Positions 29,408 to 39,220 of a stretch of 57,750 nt of DNA are shown here, piece by piece. The DNA is taken from contig JADGNG010000081.1 of NCBI GenBank assembly GCA_017883585.1, positions 1-57,750 on the forward strand, given 5' to 3'. The number at the start of each line of letters is the position of its first letter. Positions within the stretch are counted from its first letter, which is position 1. The DNA is from Candidatus Bathyarchaeota archaeon. Lineage in GTDB: Archaea > Thermoproteota > Bathyarchaeia > TCS64. The notes under the pieces are model-generated. The model was not told the origin of the DNA and did no database searches. It was given only the letters and a program-made list of their open reading frames with translations. A program made the translations under genes and the position numbers.

Positions 29408-29839
29408 TTGTCGAATAATAAGCAGATATTAATAAAATCTACACGATTAGCAGTAATACTAACCATAGTGAATGTAGTTCTCAGCCTTGCCCTATCTAAA
29501 GTTTTTTCCGGAGGTCTAGAGCCAGGTCAAATCACGGGATGGTTTGGCAATGTGACACTCCTTGAGGCGATGGTCCTGTTACTATACGGGGGAGCCGTGG
29601 ACTTCACGAGCTCCATTAAGTGGGTATCGGTCTTTAGACTTTTGAGGATACCCACCAGGGTGAAGGAAGAGGAGGAGACATCTGACGCCAACCTAGTGAA
29701 TAAGGCCAAGAGTTCCAAGCAGAAGGAGGAAGTGGATATCGAGAGGTCCCGGAGTGGTGAGAGAAGGGCAATCAGCTACGTGCTTAGTGGTGTTATCCTC
29801 ATTTCAGAAATCGTGGTAATGGCTCTGCTGAGTGGCTAG
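29408..29839 (+). CDS. Hypothetical membrane protein
   Basis: Three hydrophobic segments; divergent from 28421..29353. Confidence 0.65.
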   Translation: MSNNKQILIKSTRLAVILTIVNVVLSLALSKVFSGGLEPGQITGWFGNVTLLEAMVLLLYGGAVDFTSSIKWVSVFRLLRIPTRVKEEEETSDANLVNKAKSSKQKEEVDIERSRSGERRAISYVLSGVILISEIVVMALLSG

Positions 29840-29875
29840 AAAAAAATTAAGAAAAAAAGATAGGAGTTTCTGTGG

Positions 29876-32410
29876 TTACTTCTTTCTCATCACGGCGAAT
29901 ATCGCTATGATAGCCGCTACAACTGCGATTGCTATCGCGGCATAGAGATAGGTAGTAAGCGAGTTGACACTTCCCGTGAGAGTTGTGACCTGTGTTGTCA
30001 GTGCTGTGACGTCGTCCTTCGTCGCCACCTTGTCAGAGAGTGCGGTTACTGAGCTTGCTGTTGCGTATGGCTGGAGAGCGCTGGTCAGAATATCCTTGAC
30101 AGTTCGAGTCACGAACTTCTGAGAAGGACCTGTGGTCGGTGGGAGTATCTGCTGCACCGTACCTGCGGCTACTAACTGGTCGTAGTAGCTACCTGCAACG
30201 ATCGGCCATGTGCCTGATACAGATGTTGGGACCGTATAGCCTGTGAAGTAGGCTCGTATGTAAGTTGTCGACCAGTCTGGGATGACCATCGCATGGTAGT
30301 TACCTTGGCTATCAGTGAGTGGTGCATATCCCGTATCAACCCACGTAGAGTTGTCCTTGCTCTCCTGTATCCTGACAACGAAGTTCGCGAAGGGTGCACC
30401 CGTTACGGGGTTCTTGAAGACACCTTCAACTGGAACCGCCTGTCCAAAGATGAAGTCTGCAGCTACCTCTGGTGGGGGCGTAACAGGTACTATCGGGCTA
30501 ACACCCGTGTTGTACCCAGCAGCAGCTAACTCGGCCCTTGCGAGGTTAGGATCATATGGATCAGATTTGATCGATGGGTCCTGGAAGCCTGCGCCGAACG
30601 CCTTCAAGATTGTGGTACCTGACTCGCCTGCGCCGTTGAGCAGCTGAGACACTACGAGGTCCCTGGGGACCAGGTAACTTATGGCTTGCCTCACATGGCG
30701 CGCGGCAACCGCTGCGTTAGCGGGGTTGGCCTTACCAGCGGGAGTGCCTAGGCCGGTGCCCACGATGGGGTTCTGCATGTTGAAACCCATCTCCTGCCAG
30801 CCGACCTGCGGCTTGGAGAAGACGTTTGCACCGAGCCCCTTTAGCACGTCCTGGTCGGCGGCTAGCTGGTAGTTAGTGTCAAGCCCGTCGACGTCACCCG
30901 TCCTGTATGCCGCGATCGCAGCATCCTTCTCGACGATTGTGACGACGTAGTAGTTCGCAACAGTGAAGTAACCTAGGGCCTCGAGCCTTGCCTTGTCGAA
31001 GTATCCGTCGAACTTCGTCAGAGTCGAGAGCCTCTTGACGGGGTCGTATCCCTTATAGACGTACGGGCCGGTTCCGAATGGCCCATATGCTGTATAGGAG
31101 CCGGTTCCGCCATATTTCGCTGTGTCCCATGTGAATGTGTAGGGAGCGGCTAGTCCGGTAGCGAACGCGTTCGTGTTCCACTGGCTGTATGGCACCTTCT
31201 CGAGGTAGTGCTTCGGTAGAGGTGAGATTGCACACTCCGTCTGGTTTAGGAAGGCGTAGGGCTGGAGTGTCGAGCCAATTGTAAATTGGTAAGAATACTT
31301 GTCGACGACTTTGAAGGTAGAGGTTGGTGTTGTTATTGCTCCAGCTGAGTTGTCGATCATCGTCGTAGTCCCGTTGAGCCATGTGAATGATACCAGGTTA
31401 CCGAATCGGCTGAGCTTGTCGGATAGACCTACCGAAGCCACTGCAGGCGTCATGAGGGCCTTCTCTGTGAAGAGGTAGTCGTCGGCTGTAACTTCAACGC
31501 CGTCGTGGAATTGCACTCCGGGCTTGATCTTTATTGTCCAGGTTCGTCCATCGGTGGATACCTTGACGCTCGATGCCTCGTTGAGGTACATTGTGTTTGT
31601 GCGTGGGTCAACAAGCTGGAGTCCACCCTGTGTTGCGCCGTAGACGAAGAGGGAGTAGAAAGAGTTGGAGTCGGCGTTGGTCCAAGGGGCTAAACTCGTC
31701 CAGTCGCCGGCCTCAGCGAATGTGTAGGAGGTGACGCCGCTGAAGTACTGTAGGTCGTTGAAGGGGGTCGCCATGCCGCTGAACACCTGTGAGTCTCCGA
31801 AGATCTTTATCTCGGGCTTGCGGGCGATGATGTCACTCGGTAGGTAGACGGGCAAGTATGGTTTGTCTCTGTTGATAACCAAAGACAGCTGCTTGAAGTA
31901 AGTGAGTTGTTGGGTTGAGTCTAGTGATGTGTAGATCTTGTTGAGGAGTGCATTGGCCTCACTGCTGTTGTATAAGGCGTAGTTGTTACCGGTTGGTGGA
32001 AACGCCTCCTTTGTGCCTATATATTGAGACTTGATGTCAGGCACTGGCGAGGTGAATCCCCAGCCTATGAAACCGATGTCGAATCCGCCATCCGTGAAGC
32101 TCTTCCCCATCTTAGATGAGTCCTCTGGGAACAGACGGGCTGTCAGATCGGAGAATGTAACATATACAACCCTCGCGTCAACGCCTACGCTTTGTAGGGC
32201 GTTGGCGATAAGGGCTGCATGCTGCCTTCTGACAGGGTTAGTCGTCGGGGCCAGGAGGGTAATCGAGAATAGGGAAGTCTGGGCTTTCGCTACGGGGGGT
32301 GTTGCTACACTAATTGAGCTGAATAGGAGAATGAACACTAAGAATCCTAGGAGAACACCCTGGAAAGCCTTCGTTGACGTTCTATTACTACTTTCCATTT
32401 TTCTATACAC
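29876..32410 (-). CDS. oppA: Family 5 (Opp/Dpp) ABC substrate-binding protein, circularly permuted, C-terminally anchored
   Basis: STDGRTWTIKIKPGVQFHDG, GTGPY, VRQAIS, YDPNLARAEL motifs; signal peptide and C-terminal TM. Confidence 0.88.
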   Translation of the reverse strand: MYRKMESSNRTSTKAFQGVLLGFLVFILLFSSISVATPPVAKAQTSLFSITLLAPTTNPVRRQHAALIANALQSVGVDARVVYVTFSDLTARLFPEDSSKMGKSFTDGGFDIGFIGWGFTSPVPDIKSQYIGTKEAFPPTGNNYALYNSSEANALLNKIYTSLDSTQQLTYFKQLSLVINRDKPYLPVYLPSDIIARKPEIKIFGDSQVFSGMATPFNDLQYFSGVTSYTFAEAGDWTSLAPWTNADSNSFYSLFVYGATQGGLQLVDPRTNTMYLNEASSVKVSTDGRTWTIKIKPGVQFHDGVEVTADDYLFTEKALMTPAVASVGLSDKLSRFGNLVSFTWLNGTTTMIDNSAGAITTPTSTFKVVDKYSYQFTIGSTLQPYAFLNQTECAISPLPKHYLEKVPYSQWNTNAFATGLAAPYTFTWDTAKYGGTGSYTAYGPFGTGPYVYKGYDPVKRLSTLTKFDGYFDKARLEALGYFTVANYYVVTIVEKDAAIAAYRTGDVDGLDTNYQLAADQDVLKGLGANVFSKPQVGWQEMGFNMQNPIVGTGLGTPAGKANPANAAVAARHVRQAISYLVPRDLVVSQLLNGAGESGTTILKAFGAGFQDPSIKSDPYDPNLARAELAAAGYNTGVSPIVPVTPPPEVAADFIFGQAVPVEGVFKNPVTGAPFANFVVRIQESKDNSTWVDTGYAPLTDSQGNYHAMVIPDWSTTYIRAYFTGYTVPTSVSGTWPIVAGSYYDQLVAAGTVQQILPPTTGPSQKFVTRTVKDILTSALQPYATASSVTALSDKVATKDDVTALTTQVTTLTGSVNSLTTYLYAAIAIAVVAAIIAIFAVMRKK

Positions 32411-32490
32411 TTCTCCTAGTCTTCCTTTCGGTTCCCGGCTATTTTAAATGTTTGGCGTCAATTGGAATAAGAGTAGGAAGGGGTAGATGT

Positions 32491-33459
32491 ATGGCTGGAA
32501 TAACGAAGTACATTATACGTAGGCTTCTCTTCATGATCCCCGTTTTTCTAGGGGTCTCGATCCTCACCTTCGCCATAGTTAATTCGGCTGGTGACCCTAT
32601 TGCGCTTATCAGGCAAGGCCTCAGACAGGCATCGCCGGAGGTCCTAGCGGCATTAAGGGCATATTATCACATTGATCAGCCCCTTTACATCAGGTACCTC
32701 TACTGGCTCTGGGATATCCTACACCTCAACCTCGGCGTGAGCATCTCTGGCACACCCGTGATCGACAGGATGGGTCCCTGGGTTCTCACAACCCTTGAGT
32801 TGCAGATACCGGCACTGATACTCGCGGCGTTGATTGGGATCCCTCTTGGCGTATACTCGGCGAGGCATCAGTACTCGAAAAGGGACATAACTGTGACTAG
32901 CTTTGCCCTATTCGGTTACTCTATGCCCACATTCTGGCTTGGGCTAATGATGATTATTATCTTCTCCCTCTACTTGGGGTGGCTCCCATCAGCGGGGGCT
33001 GTCGGTATAACACACCTATGGTGGGGGAGCGAGTTAGGGGATAGACTGGCTCATCTTATAATGCCACTTTTAGTCTTAACATACGTTGAGTTGGCGACCT
33101 TTGTTCGCCTAATGAGGGGCAACATGCTGCAGACCCTAAGAGACGACTATGTTTTAGCCGCTCGCAGCTCCGGGTTAAGTGAAAGAACTGTCGTCTATAA
33201 GCACGCTCTGAGAAACGCGATTACCCCAATAATTACAATACTCGGGTTAAGCTTCGGCTCAGCGTTATCCGGCGCTCCTGGGCTTGAGACGACCTTCAGC
33301 TGGCCCGGTTTAGGGTACCAATTCGTTCAAGCAACATTTGCACTCGACATTCCAATGATCATCGGGATCACTGTCGTCATTACGATTATGCTAATGGTGG
33401 CGAACCTTATCACAGATCTCGTCTACGGGATGGTTGATCCCCGTATCAGGCTTAGTTAG
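32491..33459 (+). CDS. oppB: Oligopeptide ABC permease OppB/DppB
   Basis: YIIRRLL, SMPTFWLG, DYVLAAR..GLS, HALRNA; ATG 32491. Confidence 0.93.
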   Translation: MAGITKYIIRRLLFMIPVFLGVSILTFAIVNSAGDPIALIRQGLRQASPEVLAALRAYYHIDQPLYIRYLYWLWDILHLNLGVSISGTPVIDRMGPWVLTTLELQIPALILAALIGIPLGVYSARHQYSKRDITVTSFALFGYSMPTFWLGLMMIIIFSLYLGWLPSAGAVGITHLWWGSELGDRLAHLIMPLLVLTYVELATFVRLMRGNMLQTLRDDYVLAARSSGLSERTVVYKHALRNAITPIITILGLSFGSALSGAPGLETTFSWPGLGYQFVQATFALDIPMIIGITVVITIMLMVANLITDLVYGMVDPRIRLS

Positions 33460-33470
33460 GGGGTTGTTGC

Positions 33471-34400
33471 ATGGAAAATAAGGATTCTAAGACTATACTG
33501 AACGTCGATCAGGAGAGAATCGAGAAGAGGAGGGAGGCGAGCCAGTGGGCGGTTGCATGGAGGAGGTTCAGGAGGAACAAGGCTGGTCTCGCAGGTCTAT
33601 TCATTGTACTCTTCTTCGCCTTCATCGCTCTGACGAGCCCATGGCTCGCACCGTATCCAGCGAGGAGTTTTCAGGCTCTTTATGAGGGGGAGGCAGGGCA
33701 ATCGCCATCGCTTAAGCATCCATTTGGGACAAGCAAGACGGGGCTCGATGTATATAGTGAGGTTCTTCACGGGTCACTTGGGGACCTCTACGTAGGAGTG
33801 GGGGCGACAGCTATCGCAGTGCTGATCGGTATCACCGTTGGCTCAATAGCGGGGTACTCGCGAGGAGGCCTGGGAGATGTATTGTTGATGCTTTCACAGA
33901 TATTCTACACCATTCCCCTGCTGCCGCTAATCCTTCTAGCAGCGCGTGTTTTTCTAATACTCGTAGCTCAGGGATTTGGGCTAACACTAATAATGCTTCT
34001 GTTGGGGGTTTTTGGCTGGTCAACCATCGCCTTTATCGTGAGGGGTGAGATACTCAAGGTCAGGGAGCTCGAGTATATACAAGCCTCTCGGGCACTGGGA
34101 GCCAGTAAGAGTAGGATAATACTCCGACACGTCATCCCTAACATCCTCACCCCCGTCATAGTCACGGCGACTCTCCTTATCGCAGGCAACATCCTGACCG
34201 AGGTAGTGATAAGCTTCTTAGGATTTGGTGATGTGAACACGTCGACTTGGGGGCTTACAATTCAAGAAGGTTATGCATATATCAGGACGGAGTGGTGGAC
34301 CACGGTATTCCCTGGCCTCGCCACGTTGTTCGCCGTTCTCGGGTTTAACCTCGTTGGCGATGGCCTATCGGACGCAATGAATCCGAGGCTGAGGGACTAG
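33471..34400 (+). CDS. oppC: Oligopeptide ABC permease OppC/DppC
   Basis: WRRFRRNK, HPFGT, EYIQASRALGAS, NLVGDGL. Confidence 0.93.
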   Translation: MENKDSKTILNVDQERIEKRREASQWAVAWRRFRRNKAGLAGLFIVLFFAFIALTSPWLAPYPARSFQALYEGEAGQSPSLKHPFGTSKTGLDVYSEVLHGSLGDLYVGVGATAIAVLIGITVGSIAGYSRGGLGDVLLMLSQIFYTIPLLPLILLAARVFLILVAQGFGLTLIMLLLGVFGWSTIAFIVRGEILKVRELEYIQASRALGASKSRIILRHVIPNILTPVIVTATLLIAGNILTEVVISFLGFGDVNTSTWGLTIQEGYAYIRTEWWTTVFPGLATLFAVLGFNLVGDGLSDAMNPRLRD

Positions 34401-34411
34401 GTGGTTTAAAT

Positions 34412-35395
34412 ATGGAGACTCAACTTGACGTGAAGGGCCTAAAAACCTACTTCTTCACAGAGGCTGGCGTGGTCAAGGCCATTGATGGTTTAGACTTCCA
34501 AGTCGGTAAGGACGAGTCCGTCGGTCTTGTTGGTGAATCAGGCTCAGGGAAGACCGTGATGGGACTTTCTGTGTTCCGAATTGTTCCGCAGCCGGGGAAG
34601 ATTGTCGCGGGTTCGATCACATTTGAGGGAGAGGACCTACTCAAGAAGTCAGATGAGGAAATGAGGAAAATACGCGGTAAAAAGATCGCAATGACCTTCC
34701 AGGACCCGACAACCTCACTCGACCCACTGTACACGGTCGGTGACCAGCTCGTGGAAGTAATCAGGCAGCATGACAAGGAATTGTCGAAGAAGGAGGCGTG
34801 GGAGAAAGCTGAAAAACTCCTAGAGATGGTTCGCATCTCAGAGCCTAGCATTCGAGTTAAGGAGTACCCACATGAACTAAGCGGCGGGATGAAGCAACGC
34901 ATAGCTATCGCCCGCGCTCTTGCCTCTGGGCCATCCTTGCTCTTCGCAGACGAGCCCACAACCAACCTCGATGTCACAGTTCAGGCGCAGGTACTTGAGC
35001 TGATCAAGGACCTCAGGGAGAAGCAGAAGATGTCGCTCGTTATGATCACCCACGATATGGGTATAGTTGCCGAGATCACTCAGAGGGTTCAGGTGCTGTA
35101 TGCGGGCATGGTGGCAGAGGTCGGGGAGACGCACTCCCTATTCAGGAAACCTCAGCATCCCTACACGGAGGCTCTTCTGCAGGCCGTCCCAAGGATCGAC
35201 CAGCGTAAAGAACTTAGGGTGATCCCTGGGAACATCCCCAATCTCATCAACCCACCGACTGGGTGCAGATTCCACCCACGGTGCCCATATGCTAAGGACA
35301 TCTGCGCTGAGAAGGTCCCACCGCTTGAACTGACAGATAGGGGGCACCTCTCTGCGTGTCACTTCTGGCGCACCCTCTCGCTTAGTGGAGCGTGA
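34412..35395 (+). CDS. oppD: Oligopeptide ABC ATPase OppD/DppD
   Basis: GESGSGKT, LSGGMKQR, DEPT, GCRFHPRC. Confidence 0.95.
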   Translation: METQLDVKGLKTYFFTEAGVVKAIDGLDFQVGKDESVGLVGESGSGKTVMGLSVFRIVPQPGKIVAGSITFEGEDLLKKSDEEMRKIRGKKIAMTFQDPTTSLDPLYTVGDQLVEVIRQHDKELSKKEAWEKAEKLLEMVRISEPSIRVKEYPHELSGGMKQRIAIARALASGPSLLFADEPTTNLDVTVQAQVLELIKDLREKQKMSLVMITHDMGIVAEITQRVQVLYAGMVAEVGETHSLFRKPQHPYTEALLQAVPRIDQRKELRVIPGNIPNLINPPTGCRFHPRCPYAKDICAEKVPPLELTDRGHLSACHFWRTLSLSGA

Positions 35396-35400
35396 TAAAG

Positions 35401-36405
35401 ATGGAAAACAACAGTGCGAACCTTCTTGAGATCAGGAACCTCGTCAAATACTTCCCGGTTTACACGAGGGGCATACTCCTGAAGAACCAGACAGGGGCAG
35501 TTCACGCGGTAGACGACGTCTCCATTTACATCGGAAAGGGCGAGAACCTCGGTTTAGTGGGTGAGAGCGGGTGCGGTAAGACCACATTGGGTAAGACCCT
35601 TATGTATCTTGAGGAACCCGACAAGGGTCAGATAATCTATGATGGCATAGATCTGGTGAAGGCGTTCCGCTCAAAGAACAGTGCGGAGATGCGCACGGTC
35701 CGCTACGGTATTCAGATGGTCTTCCAGAACCCTTACACCTCCCTCGATCCTAGGATGACGGTATACGACATACTCAGCGAGCCCTTTATCATACACAAGA
35801 ATATTGAGAAGAAGGAATGGAAGAACAGGGTCTACGATCTTCTCAAGATGGTCAACCTAGAGGAATACCACGCCGAGAGGTACCCACACGAGTTCAGTGG
35901 AGGTCAGAGGCAACGAATAGCGATCGCCCGAGCCCTAGCCGTGGATCCGAAGCTCATCGTCGCCGACGAGCCCGTCTCATCCCTCGACGTCTCCATCAGG
36001 GCGCAGATTCTAAACCTCCTCACCGACCTCCAGGAGAAGAAGGGACTCTCCTATCTCTACATCTCACATGATCTCAGCTCGGTCAGGCAGATCACCAACC
36101 GCGTCGCCGTCATGTACCTCGGGAAGATATTTGAGACGGCGAAGACGGACGAAGTATTCACCAAGCCTCTGAACCCTTACACTATTGCGCTTCTCGCTGC
36201 GATACCAATCCCGGACCCGGAGAAGCAGAGGACGAAGATAATCCTCCCAGGCGAGGTACCAAGTGCTATGAACCCACCCCCAGGTTGCCGCTTCAATCCA
36301 AGGTGCCCCTACGCGACGGATCTATGCAAGCAAAAGGAGCCTACCCTCAGGGAGATAGTTCCGGGCCACTTCTCCGCCTGCCACTACAGTGAAAAGTTCC
36401 TTTAA
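35401..36405 (+). CDS. oppF: Oligopeptide ABC ATPase OppF/DppF
   Basis: GESGCGKT, FSGGQRQR, DEPVS, GCRFNPRC. Confidence 0.95.
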   Translation: MENNSANLLEIRNLVKYFPVYTRGILLKNQTGAVHAVDDVSIYIGKGENLGLVGESGCGKTTLGKTLMYLEEPDKGQIIYDGIDLVKAFRSKNSAEMRTVRYGIQMVFQNPYTSLDPRMTVYDILSEPFIIHKNIEKKEWKNRVYDLLKMVNLEEYHAERYPHEFSGGQRQRIAIARALAVDPKLIVADEPVSSLDVSIRAQILNLLTDLQEKKGLSYLYISHDLSSVRQITNRVAVMYLGKIFETAKTDEVFTKPLNPYTIALLAAIPIPDPEKQRTKIILPGEVPSAMNPPPGCRFNPRCPYATDLCKQKEPTLREIVPGHFSACHYSEKFL

Positions 36406-36470
36406 CATACAAAGAACTGAGGTGAGCAACGATCCGCCGACTGAGACTCCTAGGGAACTTACTCACAATT

Positions 36471-36980
36471 ATGGGCATACTAGTTGTCTTCTCCTCGACG
36501 ATCCTCCCGATAGTGAAACTGCCGCAGACCCTCACAAAGACGGGTCCAAGCGTGAATCTATCACAATATACAAGCTACTGGATAGACACCTTCGTCTTGC
36601 CGACGATCGACAACGACACGGAGGTCACCGTAATGCTCAGGGGTGACCATCAGGGGGGTCTCGGGATCACGATCATATCATTCAGGGATGGTGCGGCGGT
36701 CATCGGCGCGTTACCCATAATCAACTACATTGAGGAGCCCTCCCAGCAAACGTTCACAATCTCCGCGAAGACCAACATGAAATCTGATTACTTCGTCTCG
36801 GTTGTGAGCATCAGGAACAACTACACGCTGACGATCAACTCGGTCTGGTCGCCGTTCGACAGCCTCAGACCATACTTGTACCTCGGGATTAGTGCCATCC
36901 CGGCGGGACTGCTCCTGATCTACTACGACAGGATCGTGGAGAAACGCGACCGCATGTACAAGAACGCCGAAAACGCTTGA
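36471..36980 (+). CDS. Hypothetical membrane protein (start possibly 36429)
   Basis: N- and C-terminal hydrophobic segments around a beta-rich domain; follows oppF. Confidence 0.65.
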   Translation: MGILVVFSSTILPIVKLPQTLTKTGPSVNLSQYTSYWIDTFVLPTIDNDTEVTVMLRGDHQGGLGITIISFRDGAAVIGALPIINYIEEPSQQTFTISAKTNMKSDYFVSVVSIRNNYTLTINSVWSPFDSLRPYLYLGISAIPAGLLLIYYDRIVEKRDRMYKNAENA

Positions 36981-36987
36981 GTTTAGA

Positions 36988-37018
36988 CTCTACCATAGAC
37001 CACTTTTCTATGGGAGAG
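36988..37018 (+). terminator. Hairpin downstream of the opp operon, possible terminator
   Basis: CTCT-CCATAGA...TCTATGG-GAGAG stem. Confidence 0.35.
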
Positions 37019-37214
37019 ATTTACATGGAGCAGTTAAGCTATCTCGCTAATCTAATGTGGTTTTAGGTCAAAACTCTGATAGCGGTAGGAAAATAGTTCG
37101 AGTAGTAGGCGTTCAGCCTATAATTAACCCTTTTTAAGCAATAACGGTCTGCTTCTTAGCCGAAAATGATTAAATCTGTGAAAGGTGAGATTTTATTATT
37201 ATCTAGAGGATGAT

Positions 37215-38300
37215 ATGAAAATGGCGAGCGGATCTTCCGGCGAGGTCGTTCACTGTCCCAACTGCAAGGAGGACGTGCCTAAAACACTGTATTGCCTGAA
37301 CTGCGGCTTCCCACTCTACAAGGAGGAGCAGCCAAAGCAGGAGAAGGTGGAGCAGACCGAGACTAAACAAAAGCCCGTTGTCCCTGACGAGGACGCAGTC
37401 ATAATCGTGGATGAGCCCGAGGTGGCGAAGCCCGAGCCGATGCCTGAGCCAACCCCAGAGCTACCTCAGGAAGCAAAGCCGGTCGAGCCAATTCTAACAC
37501 CTCCTCCGGCTACAGTTGAGACGACGCCTGAGCCACCGGTAGTCGAGGTGAAGGTGGAGATGACACCAGAACCAACCCCAGTGGTGGTTGAGGAACCCAA
37601 GACGGTTGATATCGCCCCGCCAGTAGTTGAAACTCTATCGCCAATGCCCCAACCCGAGCCGGTTGAAGCCCCGAGCGATCCCTTATCTACGGGCACCGAG
37701 GCATCAGAGATCAAGGCGGTTGAGATGGTGGAAGAGTACCAGGATGAGACACAAGGCAAGGTATACGTCCCCGACTCCCTCTCCAAGGATCTAATAGAAA
37801 ACCTCGCGAAGAACATTGCCCTCAAGCTCAAACTGGTGAAGCTCTACAGGGACGGCGTAGTCAAGGAGGAAACATTCACAAAGATATTCGACGAGTACTC
37901 GAGGGAGGGTAAGATCTGGTCGAGTCGCCGCGAGGAGCTTCTCAAGAAGCACTCAGACGATGTCGAGGAGATCGAGGACGAATACGCGAATGCCTCCGAG
38001 GCACTGGAGCTCCTAGAGATCAAGAAGTCAATAGGCGATGTCTCAGAGCTGGAGTATGAGGCGAAGGCCCCCGGCTACAGATGGGACATAGACCACTTCG
38101 ACTTCCTCGTCGCGGATAAGAAGAACAGAATCGCCTACCTCGAGAACGTGGGCGGCTCCATGTCCAATGAGGAGCTGAAGGAGCTACAGGAGCTCGCCAG
38201 CTTAGAGTACAATACTCTCGACGCCCTGCAGATATCTAGGGACGAGACCCTCTCAAGCATCAAGGAGAGCCTCTACGAGGTCATTAAAGTTCTCGGTTAA
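37215..38300 (+). CDS. Zinc-ribbon + Pro/Glu-rich linker + CdvA-like coiled-coil protein
   Basis: CPNC...CLNCG; long P/E/V-rich tract; C-terminal LYRDGVVKEETF...LEIKKSIGDVSELEYE pattern resembling the CdvA coiled coil. Confidence 0.65.
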   Translation: MKMASGSSGEVVHCPNCKEDVPKTLYCLNCGFPLYKEEQPKQEKVEQTETKQKPVVPDEDAVIIVDEPEVAKPEPMPEPTPELPQEAKPVEPILTPPPATVETTPEPPVVEVKVEMTPEPTPVVVEEPKTVDIAPPVVETLSPMPQPEPVEAPSDPLSTGTEASEIKAVEMVEEYQDETQGKVYVPDSLSKDLIENLAKNIALKLKLVKLYRDGVVKEETFTKIFDEYSREGKIWSSRREELLKKHSDDVEEIEDEYANASEALELLEIKKSIGDVSELEYEAKAPGYRWDIDHFDFLVADKKNRIAYLENVGGSMSNEELKELQELASLEYNTLDALQISRDETLSSIKESLYEVIKVLG

Positions 38301-38607
38301 GTTCATTTATTTACCGGTAATAGATTGTTTTATACAAAATACTACGGTTGTTAATAGCGCCTATTCTTATTCTTAAATTAAAACGCGCGCGCGGTTCAGT
38401 GTCTTATGTCGACCATAGTAGGATAATAGATATCGAGCCACAGTCAGTAAAGCTGGTCGACTCGCCGAAGGCCAAAGCCTGAAACCAGACTCTGGAATGG
38501 TTGCGATCTGATAAGTGACTCTATTTAAAAAAAACTTACACTCTTCGTAGATGCTTGGCTGGAATCGTTATTACCCAGATTGGAAGCCTATATGTGTTAG
38601 AGAAGCG

Positions 38608-39093
38608 ATGGCAGACGTCATTCAACACATAGGTAAGAACGTCAAGCTTGGTAGAAACGTGCGGATGTGGCACTTCACCTACGTCGGGGACAATACGGAG
38701 ATCGGGGACGACACGAAGATCGGGTCACTCGTGCACATCGATTACGGCGTGAAGATAGGGAACCGTTGTAAGATAGAGGGCTCCGCCTACATCCCCCCGC
38801 TCACGGTGATCGGAGACGACGTCTTCGTCGGCCCCGGTGTCATATTCACAAACGACCCCTACCCGTTGTCGCCGAAGATGGTAGGCGTTAAGGTAATGAA
38901 CGGCGCCATCATCTGTGCTGGTTCGATGCTGAAGGCAGGGGTCACGATAGGAAAGAGTGCCGTTGTGGGTTTCGGCTCCGTCGTGACAAAAGACGTGCCC
39001 CCTGAGACAGTGGTCTTCGGCAACCCTGCGAAACCGAGGATGACCCTCGCTGAGTACCTAGAGAAAAAAAGAGCGTGGGAAGAAGCAAAATAA
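38608..39093 (+). CDS. Hexapeptide-repeat sugar N-acetyltransferase (WbpD/WlbB-like)
   Basis: Left-handed beta-helix repeats, FVGPGVIFTND, VVTKDVP..VVFGNPA. Confidence 0.88.
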   Translation: MADVIQHIGKNVKLGRNVRMWHFTYVGDNTEIGDDTKIGSLVHIDYGVKIGNRCKIEGSAYIPPLTVIGDDVFVGPGVIFTNDPYPLSPKMVGVKVMNGAIICAGSMLKAGVTIGKSAVVGFGSVVTKDVPPETVVFGNPAKPRMTLAEYLEKKRAWEEAK

Positions 39094-39220
39094 TAAAATT
39101 TTCTGAGGATTAACTAAGAACAATAGGAATTATTAATTCTCATTTTAATATTTTTTTTAAACATACTAGTATCTGTATATTTAGAAAATAAGCTCTTGTG
39201 AGTAAGTAGTGTGCAGCATT

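Noticed and set aside
38408-38461. 8-bp inverted repeat GTCGACCA/TGGTCGAC as ncRNA or riboswitch
   Set aside because: Short isolated stem with no recognisable motif; could arise by chance
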